A DNA stretch of 64,000 nt from a virus, in IMG/VR virus record IMGVR_UViG_3300034198_015644, positions 42,490 to 106,489 of that record. One strand, 5' to 3'. Made by a program: the position numbers and the translations under genes. Numbering within the stretch: the first letter of the stretch is position 1; each line of letters starts with the position of its first letter. Of this stretch, positions 1 to 13,100 are shown piece after piece. Below the pieces are notes generated by a model. The model did not search any database. It had not been told where the DNA came from and saw nothing but the letters and a program-made list of their open reading frames with translations.

Positions 1-1
1 A

Positions 2-214
2 AGTGAGGGTTGGAATGCTTCAAATACGTCATTATCGGCAATAACAAAAGAAGAGATTTATTTTGGAATTGTTTTCCCACCAAAAATTGAAAATAATGTA
101 TTTATTGATAGAGGCGGAGTATCTGTTTTTGAAAACCACTCAAGATTGAGATCAATTTCGAGTATTCAACAACTTGAGATATATGGAAATGGGTACTATA
201 ACTTAATTAATTAA
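2..214 (+). CDS. 3' end of a probable virion structural protein (partial, runs off window start)
   Basis: Open frame from nt 2 (SEGWNASNTSLSAITKEEIYFGIVFPPKIENNVFIDRGG...YGNGYYNLIN) to TAA at 212-214; translated by hand, not in the ORF track; co-oriented with the structural cluster. Confidence 0.6.
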   Translation, partial: SEGWNASNTSLSAITKEEIYFGIVFPPKIENNVFIDRGGVSVFENHSRLRSISSIQQLEIYGNGYYNLIN

Positions 215-227
215 AAAAAAAGATAAA

Positions 228-1133
228 ATGTCAACAGGAAATTATGGAATAATCAGACCCGCAGACGTGTCACCAGATGACATGGAGGTTTTTTACCATT
301 TTACCCCTACTAGGGATCAAATTGGTAATGTAAATTTAATAAAGTTGGATCCAAATACTATAGTTAAAAAAATTGACAACCCAACTAATCCAAACCAAAT
401 ATTTGGAGGTTTATATACCCTACAACTACCAACCTCAATTTTTAACCAAAAAGGTATATATACTTTAGTAATTAAACCTAAAGAAATTAGGACAAGAATA
501 TTAGATTGCGGAGTTCTTTCATCATTTCCTGAGGTTAGAGGAATCATATTTGATTCAGGACAAATACCCGCAGGTGATGTTACTAAATTTGAAAATGGGG
601 CGTTAGTTGGTTATAGAGTAGAATATTTAAGTACTGACCCTAATGCACCTGAAAAGAAAATTCAAAATTTATTTAGAATTTTTACGTCTAATAATAAAGC
701 GGAGGCGGTAAGTCAAAATTTAAATAATACTACACAAAAGGCATTAACTTATAGATTTAACGATAACTCAAGCTTAGTATTTTGCACAGTAACACCTAGC
801 TCTGCACCAAGTGTTAGACCTAACGCGTTACCATATATTGGAGTACCCGGACAAGATGTGATAATAACAAATACATTTTTTAATCCAGTATCAATTGAAA
901 TTGATATGGTAGAATATGATATAGAATCATTGGCATATGGTTTATTTGGTAATCAAACCAAATCCATTGATGATGGTATATATACAATTTATAACTTTCA
1001 AAATCAAATTTACAAACAATATAACTTGTTTGAAATTAAAGATCAATATGATAAAGCGTTATATGAAGTTAGAGAAGAAAGAACTAATATTGATTTTGGT
1101 AAAGATTTTGTAACTGTAACTAGTGGTTTATAA
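228..1133 (+). CDS. Hypothetical virion/baseplate-region protein
   Basis: 301-aa ORF tightly packed between structural ORFs; no recognisable catalytic motif. Confidence 0.55.
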   Translation: MSTGNYGIIRPADVSPDDMEVFYHFTPTRDQIGNVNLIKLDPNTIVKKIDNPTNPNQIFGGLYTLQLPTSIFNQKGIYTLVIKPKEIRTRILDCGVLSSFPEVRGIIFDSGQIPAGDVTKFENGALVGYRVEYLSTDPNAPEKKIQNLFRIFTSNNKAEAVSQNLNNTTQKALTYRFNDNSSLVFCTVTPSSAPSVRPNALPYIGVPGQDVIITNTFFNPVSIEIDMVEYDIESLAYGLFGNQTKSIDDGIYTIYNFQNQIYKQYNLFEIKDQYDKALYEVREERTNIDFGKDFVTVTSGL

Positions 1134-1136
1134 TAG

Positions 1137-3698
1137 ATGGCGACAGTTAAGACAAAAGTAGTTGGGAATAATTTTGATCCTTACTTAGTAGGATTACAAT
1201 GGACTAGTGAAGGAGGTACACCTCTTTTCACTGTAGGTAATTTTCAAATTACTACTAACTTAACTTCACCACCCAAAAGAAATTTTCAACTAGGATCATT
1301 TTCAGATCCATTAACATTAGAAAATTTAGGTACAACACTTACTGAGGCGACTCAATTTGTTGACGATAATTATAGTATTTTTCTAAATTTAAATACTGAA
1401 AATTTATTAAGTTTTACTTTATTTGGTTCATTTAAAGAATTTGTAAGGGTAGAGTTAGAACAAATACAATTAAATTGGCCTGCTTCAATATACGTTTTTT
1501 ATGCGTATGGAACAACTACGGGTAACACCATGACGAATTATAGTTATAATTCGGGAACAGGAGAGGCTTCATTTGATGTATCTACTAATTTTTTCTACAA
1601 TAATTATAATATAAATTTTTTACAAAGTGGTGCTTTATTACCAAACACTTCAATACCTAGTTCAATAAGAAATTTAAGTGTTTATTATCCTGAGTATGAA
1701 ATTTTTATAAATGGACAAAGTTATCCTATCATTGGGTTTACGGGGTCGACTACCATAACTAATGGTACAGTAAATTTTATCATTCAAGGAGATCCACTTA
1801 GCGGTGCAACAAACACCACATTATCTTATCATATAAGACCAAATAGTAGATATTTGGAAAGATTTTTTTCCAATTTAGATGATTTTGCTAGATTTCTATT
1901 AAATAGAAATACAGTACCTCAATATACATGTATGATATATTATGAGGAACAAAATGAAAATTATCAAATACTACAAAGATCACAAAGATTCACATGGCCG
2001 GTTACAGATGGATATAATTTAGATTTAAATACGGGTGAATTTTTATTATATAGAAAATCATTATTAGAAATTGCAGAAAATTATGACGAGTATAGATCAG
2101 ATTTAATGAGAAGAATGCTCGTAACAGAGTCTGTATCATACTTTGAATTAAATCCAAGACTATCCGCGTATATACCAATTAATACTACAGAAAAAATTGA
2201 TAAATTATTAAACATTTATGGTAGAGAGTTTGATGAAATAAGAAAGTACATTGAAGGTATTTCTTTTGCGGCAACAGTATCATATAATAAACAAGGTAAT
2301 ACTCCTGATGCTTTAATAAAAGATTTTGCTTATTATTTAGGTTGGGACATATTATCACCTATGGACGAGAATCAACTCTTCCAAAATTTTATGCCAACAC
2401 AGAGTGTATTTTCAGGAATGACGGTTGGTTATACCCCTGCGGAGGCAGAGATTGAATTTTGGAGAAGATTAATTTTAAATTCGTCATTTTTATGGAAGAG
2501 TAAAGGCACTAGAAAACCAATCGAATTTTTATTTGATTTTATTAATACACCACCCGCTTTAGTTAATTTTAATGAATACATTTATCAAGCAAAAAATAAA
2601 TTAGATATTAATAATTTTAGACAAATAATACAATATCTTTATGATGATACTAATTTAGATGGATATAATGTGGATGAAAATGGTTATCCTAAAGTTCCGG
2701 TAGACACACTACAAAATTATTTTCAAAAAGGTGGAGGATGGTACAGAGAAACCGCAGGAATCAATTCCCAAGTAGATTATTATGAAGGTAATAATCCACA
2801 TATAGGACCTTACGATGGTGGACAATTCTATATAGATAGTTTTCGTTGTTTATTAGAAAATTTTTCAGGACAAACAATAAAAATAACTAATGAGTATGTA
2901 GAATTTACAAATATATTTTCAAATTATTATGGTGGCACAGTTGGAGATTATACAGGACAAATTTATGTTGATCCTGTAGATGGAGGTAACAATCCAACAG
3001 ATTGTATATTAATAGCAGGTACAGTAGTTACTGCAATTACGGCACCAGAATATACGGTATGTGGTTGTTTGTTACCATCAGGATTAACTAAGGCAATTGT
3101 GATTAACGTAAGACCAAATCCAAACCCGAACCCTGGATGTTCAACTGCGGCAACTCCATCTTGCCCAAGCAATTTATTGTATTATAATCAAGTTAATAAT
3201 TTGCATGTTTGGATAGATAATAATACTGGTAATTTCGTAAATCAAGTACCGGCACAATGTTGTCAAGATATTGGAGGGGTTTATGATTCGTTAACACAAC
3301 ATTGTTTAGTTTCGGGAACTAATGGTTCTTCAGGAACTAGCGGTTCTTCAGGAACTAGTGGGTCTTCAGGAACTAGTGGGTCTTCAGGAACTAGCGGTTC
3401 TTCAGGAACTAGCGGTTCTTCAGGAACTAGTGGCGGTGGGGCATATAGATCTTGGATTATTACAAAATGTATAAATTCTTGTGGAGCAAATGGTTACGAA
3501 TGTATTGGACCTTCAACAGTCACAGTTTATACTAACTCTACTGTAACATCTTTAACTGATCCAAATACGGTAATTTATTCAGACCCATTAGGAACTACAT
3601 TATTTAGTTTACAATATTTCTCTCGTTTAGGAAGTATATACATTACAGATATTGATGGCACCCCTGCGGTAGAAGGTGCAATAGGAAATCCGTGTTAA
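1137..3698 (+). CDS. Putative baseplate wedge/tail-associated protein with C-terminal GSSGTS repeat
   Basis: Segment PDALIKDFAYYLGW...WRRLILNSSFLWKSKGTRKPIEFLF resembles the baseplate wedge (P2 gpI/T4 gp7-like) 'KGT' motif; Cys-rich low-complexity C-terminus. Confidence 0.55.
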   Translation: MATVKTKVVGNNFDPYLVGLQWTSEGGTPLFTVGNFQITTNLTSPPKRNFQLGSFSDPLTLENLGTTLTEATQFVDDNYSIFLNLNTENLLSFTLFGSFKEFVRVELEQIQLNWPASIYVFYAYGTTTGNTMTNYSYNSGTGEASFDVSTNFFYNNYNINFLQSGALLPNTSIPSSIRNLSVYYPEYEIFINGQSYPIIGFTGSTTITNGTVNFIIQGDPLSGATNTTLSYHIRPNSRYLERFFSNLDDFARFLLNRNTVPQYTCMIYYEEQNENYQILQRSQRFTWPVTDGYNLDLNTGEFLLYRKSLLEIAENYDEYRSDLMRRMLVTESVSYFELNPRLSAYIPINTTEKIDKLLNIYGREFDEIRKYIEGISFAATVSYNKQGNTPDALIKDFAYYLGWDILSPMDENQLFQNFMPTQSVFSGMTVGYTPAEAEIEFWRRLILNSSFLWKSKGTRKPIEFLFDFINTPPALVNFNEYIYQAKNKLDINNFRQIIQYLYDDTNLDGYNVDENGYPKVPVDTLQNYFQKGGGWYRETAGINSQVDYYEGNNPHIGPYDGGQFYIDSFRCLLENFSGQTIKITNEYVEFTNIFSNYYGGTVGDYTGQIYVDPVDGGNNPTDCILIAGTVVTAITAPEYTVCGCLLPSGLTKAIVINVRPNPNPNPGCSTAATPSCPSNLLYYNQVNNLHVWIDNNTGNFVNQVPAQCCQDIGGVYDSLTQHCLVSGTNGSSGTSGSSGTSGSSGTSGSSGTSGSSGTSGSSGTSGGGAYRSWIITKCINSCGANGYECIGPSTVTVYTNSTVTSLTDPNTVIYSDPLGTTLFSLQYFSRLGSIYITDIDGTPAVEGAIGNPC
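3324..3431 (+). repeat. 18-bp tandem repeat x6 (ggKtcttcaggaactagY) encoding (GSSGTS)6
   Basis: Six consecutive units seen directly; differences only at synonymous third positions. Confidence 0.95.
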
Positions 3699-3708
3699 AA
3701 ATTTAAAT

Positions 3709-4068
3709 ATGGAAATACATAAACTTCGTTGGCCACTTAATGAATGTCCCATTCCCGTTAAATTTAAAACACAAAAACCTATAATTTATCCGATCATAGA
3801 AAATTTTTATGAATTACCCGATGAACAAAAAAATGTTTTATTAGAAATAAAAAAGATAATAAATTTTTATTTACCCGATGCGAAGTTATTTTTATTTGGT
3901 TCTAGAATAAAAGGTAATTGGGATGAAAATAGTGATTATGACATAATGGTTGAAACTAAAGAAAATGGCGAAAAAAATAAAATTTTAAAAAAATACGATT
4001 TTGGGGTAAAAGTAGACATTTGTTTTACCCAAAAATACGAAGCACTAAAAAAAATTGAAATTACTTAA
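3709..4068 (+). CDS. Minimal nucleotidyltransferase (MNT, Pol-beta superfamily)
   Basis: LFLFGSRIKGNWDENSDYDIMV = GS-x10-DxD signature, followed by KVDI third Asp; 119 aa. Confidence 0.85.
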   Translation: MEIHKLRWPLNECPIPVKFKTQKPIIYPIIENFYELPDEQKNVLLEIKKIINFYLPDAKLFLFGSRIKGNWDENSDYDIMVETKENGEKNKILKKYDFGVKVDICFTQKYEALKKIEIT

Positions 4069-4098
4069 AAAATAAAAAATAATTTGAAAAAAACTTCA

Positions 4099-4121
4099 AA
4101 AACAAAATAATTATTTTAAAA
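4099..4121 (+). promoter_or_regulatory. 23-bp element aaaacaaaataattattttaaaa (copy 1) containing palindrome aaaataattatttt
   Basis: Identical 23-mer ends 8 nt before this ATG and 7 nt before the ATG at 16578. Confidence 0.55.
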
Positions 4122-4129
4122 TTGACATA

Positions 4130-7100
4130 ATGGCGTTCCCAATATTAAGAGATCCTGAAGTAATACATTTATTTGTAGATAAGTTCCCAACTTTATTGAG
4201 TGGTCCGTCTAGTGCAATTACAGAATTTTATAGTTTTTGTGTAAAAAATGGAGTAAATGAACTTTCATTATATGACACATTAAGTGTTTTACCAAGTTCA
4301 ACAAACTCAGTTAGTAATTTTATTTATAGTGCAAAAACTTTTAATTACGTATGTGAAGTTGGCGGAACCGTAAATCCTTATGATCCTGCAACATTAGGAT
4401 TAAAATATTTAAACTTAATTACTACCTACAATAATGGACAACCAAATCTATCAAGAAAATACGATAGGATAACTATTGAGAATGAATTTTGGAACTTAGA
4501 GACAAGTATTAATCCATTAAAAAATACTGCAGGATTTACCATATCAACAATTGCGGGAAATACTGTGGCATCCATAGCAGGGGGAATACCCTCATCAATT
4601 TTTGTTGTGGGAAATATGGTTAAAGTTTTTGGTGAATATAGACAAGTCTTAGCAATTGGGGCGACAACAATAACTGTTGATAGAGGATTTACTAATACAG
4701 TAACAAATCAAACTTTTGAAATTAGAGATAATAAAGTTTCGGGGGCAGAAACATATGCAATTGATTTTGAAACATATTTGTTGCGTTTAAAAAATATTAG
4801 AAATGTTGCAGTTGCAAATAATTTAAAAATAGATGCATATCTTTCAAGAAGAGTAACACAAGTACAATTTTTAAAATTAATTCCATTTATTGACAGAATT
4901 TTAATTGAGGCAGATTACGATCAAAATAATTATTTACTATATAACGACCCAACACAATTAAATAAAATACGAGATGTTTTAATTAGATGTAGTCAAAATA
5001 GAACAGGTACTGTCAATATCAATGTTGGTAACAATAATATGCAAGGTATTGGGACTGACTTTACCAATGAGTTGGGAGTTGGTACAAAGATTTACGTTAG
5101 TGGACAAGTTTTTACAATACAATCTATTGTAAGCTCAACGCAGGCAACTTTATTGGAAACTAACAATAGTAGTACAATTAATAATGCAACTTTTAAAACT
5201 TATACAGAATTTGCCCCAATATTCTATATCAACAAGACATTAAGAAAAACTTGGTTAACCACACCTGTTAGTACTAAAAGTTATGCTGATGTTTTTAAAA
5301 TGTTTACACTTAGTGGTTATACAGTAGGAGGATCAGTACAATCAGGTAGTAACCCAATTTGTTATAATTTGGAAGACAACCCATCAATAACTGGTGCGAC
5401 TAATTTGATTGGCATATCAATATTTGATAGAACTGAGGCACAATCTATAGACATAAAAGTTGCACAATCTTCTTCACCAAGATCAAGTTGTACCAATCCT
5501 TTGGCTAGATCTATTGGTGCTAACAATACTTATGCAATAACTTTTCAAGGAAATGATTGTACCTGTGATAATGCGACAAATGGATCAGTAACTGCGAATT
5601 TTAGTACAATACAACCTACCCCATACAACTATACATTTACAAATGGTGGTAGAGTAATTGAGATTACAAATTTAACTACACCACCACCATATACGTTTAG
5701 TGGTCTAGGTTTAGGTACTTGGAACATATCAGTAAGAGATGGTAATAATAGTGTTTCAACAGGTAGTGTCACAATAAATGAATCATTTCAACCAACCATT
5801 ACAGGTAATTATATAAGTGCAGGTCAAGGCGGAATTACAGTATTCTATACGGGAGGTTATAACAACTACTATATTTCAAGAATAGATAACCCAACAAATA
5901 TAAACAATCAATGGGGACCTTTTATTTCATATCACAATGCAGGTAGTGATCCATTTTTTGATTCTAACATAACAGTTAATAATACAACAAAATCATATAA
6001 TTCATCATCTACTCCTGCGTATAATTTTGTACCAAATCAAAGTTATAGTTTTGTTATTGGAGATACAGATGCATGTATTAAAATTTTTACTGTAACAATA
6101 CCTCAAGCGTCAACGGGACCTTCAGTAAATATTACTCAAACTACCAATCCATCTTGTGATGCAGCATCAAACGGTTCTATAACTATGGTTGCAGCAGGCA
6201 CAGGACCTTACGTATTTCATGTAACATATCCAAATGGAAATACAAGTAACATAAATAGTGTGAGTACTACACAAGTATTAAATAATTTATCGGCAGGAAA
6301 TTACTCAGTAACAGTAACAGATGCAAATAATGTTACATCTACCCCTGCGGTTACTACAACTTTAACTAATACATATAATTCAAATATAAATGCAACTAGT
6401 ACATCACCTAATCAAGTGTGTTTTCAATTAGTCGCAGGATCAACATATACTATAACATCAGGAGGGGGAACATTCCAATCATTTAATCAAACAGTAAGTG
6501 GACCTAACTTTACCCCATGTTTTAATAATTTACCAGGAGGACAATATAACTTTAATGTTTTATCTTCTAATGGTTGTTCAGAAACAATTTATTTAACAGT
6601 TAATAGTGCAACATTAACATTATCATTAAATCAATACGAAAATCCAAGTTGTACACAAGTTAATGATGGAATTATTAATGTATTTGCGACAAGTAATGGT
6701 AATGGACAATTTTCTTATTCCGCATCAAATGGTAGTGTAATTTATAGCAACAATAGTGGTAATTTTACTAATTTGAGTGCCGGTACTTGGACATTATCAG
6801 TTAGTCAAAATGGAATTTTGGGGAATAATATTGTAGTGCAATTAAATAATTCATTTTATGTTAATGTGACTAGTACAGGTGAAACTGTATGTGTTAGTGC
6901 GAGTGGTGGTTCATTAGGTATTTATACTGTAGATATTAACGGTACGTTACACACCTATAACACCGCATCCACAATAAATTGTTATACTGGTCTTTGTTCG
7001 GGAAATGTTGTCAGAGTTGTTGATGGTGACATTATAAACACTTCAATATCAGGTTGTGTATACACCACAACAACACCTAAAGATTGTGCATTTAATTTTA

Positions 7101-10100
7101 ACGTCACTGCTAATACAATTACTTGTGGCGACTACGGATCAATAATAGCTAGGGCGGATGGTGGAGTTACTCCATATATTTATACTGCCACAGGTAATGG
7201 TACGTACACGAATACTACAGGTAATTTTAATGTTTTACCATCAGGTATATGGACAATAACAGTAGAGGATAACATTGGTAACTCAGGAACTACGACAGTT
7301 AATTTAGATAGTAAACTTAAATTTAGTGCCGACAGTAGCGCTCTTAGTGCAACATGTGTTACCATTATAGATGGTTTAGCACCTTACTATATTTTAATAA
7401 ATCAAATATTATATACTGCCTCTACACAAGGAACTTATTGTTTTGATTTAGAATGTGGTTATAATGGTATTGATGTATATGATAGTTGTACAGGAACTAC
7501 TTGTGCAAATTATTTATTTACTGCTCCGGGTGGAATACAAAGTTTTTTTCAAAATATATTTTGGACTAATTGTAGTGGAATGACACAAAGTGGAATTTTA
7601 AATTCAATTAGCCCTATCATAGGTAATACTTTTAGTACCTGTGCAATTTTTGGAACTCCTGTTACTACAAATTCTAAAATAGAAATAAGTCTAATAGGTT
7701 TTTGTCCACCCGGCACAAATCAAGATTGCGTGGTTGATAATAGTGTGATTGTGTATTATGATTGTCCGGGACCATTAAGTTTAGAACAAACTCAAGATAG
7801 TGTCAATCCTAGCTGTACTGATAGTAGTGATGGTGAGATATACTTTAGTGGTTTTGGTGGGGACTATCCCTATGTTAGTTATTCAGCAATAAATGGTAAT
7901 ACCATATATGTTAATGGTACAGGTACATTTTCAAATTTAAGTGCAGGTACTTGGACGATTTATGTTGAAGATAGTTCAAACACTATAACATCAACAACTG
8001 TAACATTAGTTTCAGATTTTATAGTTGATTTTACTATCACTAGTTTTACAGAAAACAGCGTGACCATTTGTGCTAATATACCAATCCAATATCAAACATT
8101 AGAATATGAATTAACGTTTGAAAATCAAACGGCGATATTGAATGCATCTAATTCTTTTTGTAATACATTTACAGGGATAACAGGATGTAGTGTAGTTAAT
8201 GTTAATTTATGTTCTTTAAGAAATTATAGAAGGCTTACTAATATTGGTGGTGGAGGTAGAAGTGTAATTAAAGGAAGTGATGGTCTTTTTTATGGGGTAA
8301 CACAAATTGGTGGTTTATACAATTATGGGACTATATACAGATATAATGAAACCACTAAGGTTTATACTACATTACATAGTTTTAATGGGACTACAGATGG
8401 AAACACCCCGCAAGATATAATTGAAGTATCTAATGGAAAATTATACGGAATTTGTTTAGTCGGTGGTAATAGTGGTTATGGTACGTTGTTTAGTTGTACC
8501 ACTTCAGGATCATACGCAGTAATACATAATTTTGATGGGACGAACGGTGGAAATCCGGTTAGCAATTTAACTTTGGCTAGTAATGGTGTCATGTATGGAA
8601 TGACACAATATGATTCTACTTATGGATACGGCACTATATTTAGTTGTAGTACCATTGGAAATTTTGGGGTAGTTTATTCTTTCCAATACGTTTTTTCCAT
8701 ACCTTTTGATGGGTACAACCCAACAGGAAAATTAATCGAAGCATCTAATGGGTTACTTTATGGGGTCACACCACTTGGAGGTTCGAGTGACCAAGGAATT
8801 TTATTTAATTATGATTATATAAATAATCAATATAACAATTTATTTTCTTTTGATTATGGGTCAGTCGCATATCCAAATGAAATAGTTGAAGGATTGGATA
8901 ATAATTTATATGTAATAGGTGATACATTTTCAAATAAAAGTATTTATAAATTAGATTTATCGGGAACACCAAAAGGAAATGTACATAATTTTTCATTAAG
9001 TGACGGATCAAATGCAAATAAATTAATAAAAGGACTTAATGGTAATTTATGGGGATCAACTTTATATGGTGGTTTATATAATTTTGGTACAATATTTAGT
9101 TGTGATACTTTAGGTAATTTTGAAGTACTGTATAATTTTAAAAATTCTCTTCCAAATGACAATTTCTTATTGAATACTAACTCAACAATATTTTATGGGA
9201 CAAGACAATCAAATATATTGTATAAAATAAATGTTAGTTTACCCGAATCTTGTTGTTTTGATACAACTACAAATTTAAATGATTTGTTAAAACCAAATAT
9301 AATTTCTCTTTATGGAGACTATGTTAATGGGGTGCCAAGTATTTGTACTACGATAGATATTAGTAGCTCAGTTAATGTTTGGTATACTGTAACTGTAAAT
9401 GGAGAAGAAAACATATATGATAGAAGTTTAGAACCTAATTGTTTTAGTGCGCTAACTGAGGGGTTAACAGATGTTTCTATATGTGAATATGTGGATTCAT
9501 TTAACTATCTAGCAATACATTATTTTGACTCAACTAACAATACTTTTGGGACTACTCCTAATGGAGGTTTGATAGAGGCAAGTGACGGCAACTTTTATGG
9601 TATGACATTTAACGGAGGTTCAAATGATTTTGGTGTAATTTATAGTTGTGATACTATAGGTAATTATGGTATAATATATAATTTTGGGTCTGTTTTATTT
9701 GATGGAAAATATCCACTTGGATCTTTAATACAAGGATCAAACGGAACATTATATGGGATGACATCATCAGACAATATATTAAATTTATGTGGAGTAATTT
9801 TTAGTTGTACTACAACAGGTAATTATGGGATAATACATAGATTTGATAATACAGTTACTAATGGCGTAACTAAAGGAAGAACACCTGAAGGTTCTTTATG
9901 CGAAGTTTCTGATGGATTCTTATATGGGGTGACAAGATATGGAGGTTTTAATAATGGTGGGGTAATATTTAAAATTAACCCAACAACAGGACAATATTTT
10001 TCAATTTATGAATTTGGACAAGCACCAAATGATCCATTAGAACCAATAGAAGGTGTAATAGAAGTTAACAATAAATTATATGGAATGTCTTACTTTGGAG

Positions 10101-13100
10101 GACAACATAATTTTGGCACTATATATGAATTGGACTTAAACATAGGTGTACCTAATACTGTATTTAGTTTTGAAAATGTAACTGGTTCGGGAGATATTGG
10201 ATTTTATCCTAATGGAAAATTAACTTTAGGGTCAAACGGATTGTTATATGGACTAACAACTGGTGGAGGATTTTATGGAGTAGGGGCATTTTTTGAATTC
10301 GATCCAACTTATCTAACCTATAGGACAATACATAGTTTTAGTGGCACCCCTATTGACGGTGAGACTGCGACAGGTACTTTATTTGAAGATGAAAATGGAG
10401 TATTTTATGGGTTAACAAAAGAAGGTGGACCTATAGGTCGAGGAACAATTTTTGCTTGTGATATATATGATAATTATAAAATTTTAAAAACTTTAAATAA
10501 TTCAAACGGTAGATATCCTGAGAATACATATTTTATAAAGGCATCCGATAATAATTTATATTCTACAGTTAGTGGTGGATTACCTAATAATGGTGGTGGT
10601 ATTATAAAATTAACAATTGAAACATTAACGGGTTGTTGTTATAGTGCAACTACAAATATACCACAGTGTTTAGACGGAGTGACTATTGACACATTATGGA
10701 TAGATAATATGCCATATGTTAATGTATTAATTAATAGTCAAAATACTACACCTCCATATGAAGTTACGGTTGGGGGTATAACATATCCTTATTATGTTGG
10801 ATCATTAACCGGAAATTGTTACCCAATAATCGGATGTGATCCAGTTATTGTAAATGTTTGTGCACCTGAGATTACTTCCCAACAATTAAGTGGATTTACA
10901 GTAGAACATAAATTTAGTTTTTCAGATGCTTATGATGGTAAAAATCCATATGGTGATTTAACATTAAATTATAATGGAATATTTTATGGAATGACATCGC
11001 AGGGTGGTGTAAATGAGCCAGGATATTTCCCCACAGGATGCGGAACAATTTTTAGTTTTGATCCAATAACTAAGATTTATCAAAAAGTTTATGATTTAGA
11101 CGCTGATAATGGAGATGGATTTTTTCCAAAAGGAACATTACAATGTGACCTAAATTATAATTTATATGGGGTTAATTATTACGATGCAGTTAGTGGTTAT
11201 GGTACGTTGTTTAGTTGTACCACTTCAGGATCATACGCAGTAATACATAATTTTGACGATGTTAATGGATCAAATCCTGTTACATTACCTAGTAGAGAAC
11301 CATTAACAGGACGATTCCAAAGAGTCGGAACAACAATAAAAAGTGCAACCGGTGATGGAGTTTTATATAGTTTTGATAATGGTACACACGTGAATGATGA
11401 TTTTAGCTCAATAGGGTCTTTTGGTCGAGGCACTAATTCATATTTTAATGACCCATCTATATCTTATAATAAAGGAATAAATTCAAACGGACCCTTATTA
11501 GTTGATCAAGAGTTATCATTAATATATTTCGGATCAACTCAAGCATTTGTTTACGGCATGACAAAAGAAGGGGGAACAAACAATAATGGTGTTATTTTTG
11601 CTTATGACTTTTTTGTCTATGGTTTATACGATATTTATAATTTTACAGGCGGAGCGGACGGAGGAAAACCAACAGGAGGTTTAATTAAGTATAGTTATGG
11701 GTTATATAATAAAGTTTATGGAATGACTTCAGAAGGTGGTGCAGGTTTTGGTGTCATATTTGAGATGGATTTATCAATTTTTGGTTCACCTGTAAATACA
11801 ATTTTACATACATTTGCGGGAGGAACTTCTGATGGATCTAGACCATATGGTTCATTATACGAATTTAATGGTCGACTTTATGGTATGACATATTATGGAG
11901 GAACGAATAATGCCGGTGTAATATTCTCATTAGACCCAAGACTTCCTTATCCACACGACTATACAATCATTCATAGCTTTAATGGAAGTACGGGAGGATC
12001 AAATCCTGTAGGTTCATTGACAATGGGCCCTGATGGTAAATTATATGGTATGACATTGTATGGCGGTAATGGAGTAGGTGTAGGAGGTAAAGGTATAATA
12101 TTTAGTATTGATTTTAATTTAACTCAAAGAGCGGCATGTTGTTATCAAACAACCATAGACGTAAATGATCCTAACGATATAAATTTACCTCTTATTGAGG
12201 GAACTTGGTTTAATTCACAACCAACAATTTCTGTGAGCATTGACCCAAATAATTATTATGTCGCTCCTTATACTGTAACTATTGATGGAGTTACATATAA
12301 CTATGACACAAATAGTGCTAAAAATTATTTCCCACAATTAAGTTGTGGTACACATACAGTAGTCATTACACCAAATGCGGGAAACAATACACTTGACTTT
12401 TCGGGTTTAAAATCGTTTAGTGGACCAACAATTGATCCGGGTTCATTATTTGGTAATCCAATTGAACCAATCACCAACGAATTTTATGCCTTATCTTATG
12501 CGGGTGGAGCATTAAATTTTGGTACAATTTTTAAGATTGATTTGTTAGGTAATGTTGAGATACTTCATAATTTTTCAGGATCAACTTATGGTGATGGAAA
12601 CCACCCAATACAAGATTTAATTTTATCGTCAAATGGAAAAATGTACGGTACAACCTCGGAAGGCGGAATATATAATGCGGGTACAATATTTAGTTGTGAT
12701 ACTTTAGGTAATTATGGTATAGTTTATAATTTTTCTGGTGGCACAAATGGAGGTGGACCGATTCAAAATTTAACAGAAGTTTCTAATGGTATTTTTTATG
12801 GATTAGTGTATCAAACCGGTGCATTTGGTATGGGTATTATTTTTAGTTGTGATACAATAGGAAATTATAAATTGATTCATAGTTTTAGTGGGTCACCTTA
12901 TGATGGGATGCAACCTTTAGAAAGTTTTTATAAACATTCAAATGGTATTTTATATGGTACTACATTTAATGGGGGTACTTATAATGCGGGAACAATTTTT
13001 AGTTGTGACACTTTAGGTAATTATGGTATAATTCATAGTTTTAATAATACAGTGATTCCCAATAACGGATGCAACCCAAGATGTACGTTAATTGAGGGAG

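Noticed and set aside
3324-3431. CRISPR array
   Set aside because: Repeats are contiguous with no spacers and are in frame within a CDS
8470-11256. Diversity-generating retroelement TR/VR pair
   Set aside because: The copies are identical (no adenine-specific mismatches), both are coding, and there is no reverse transcriptase in the window
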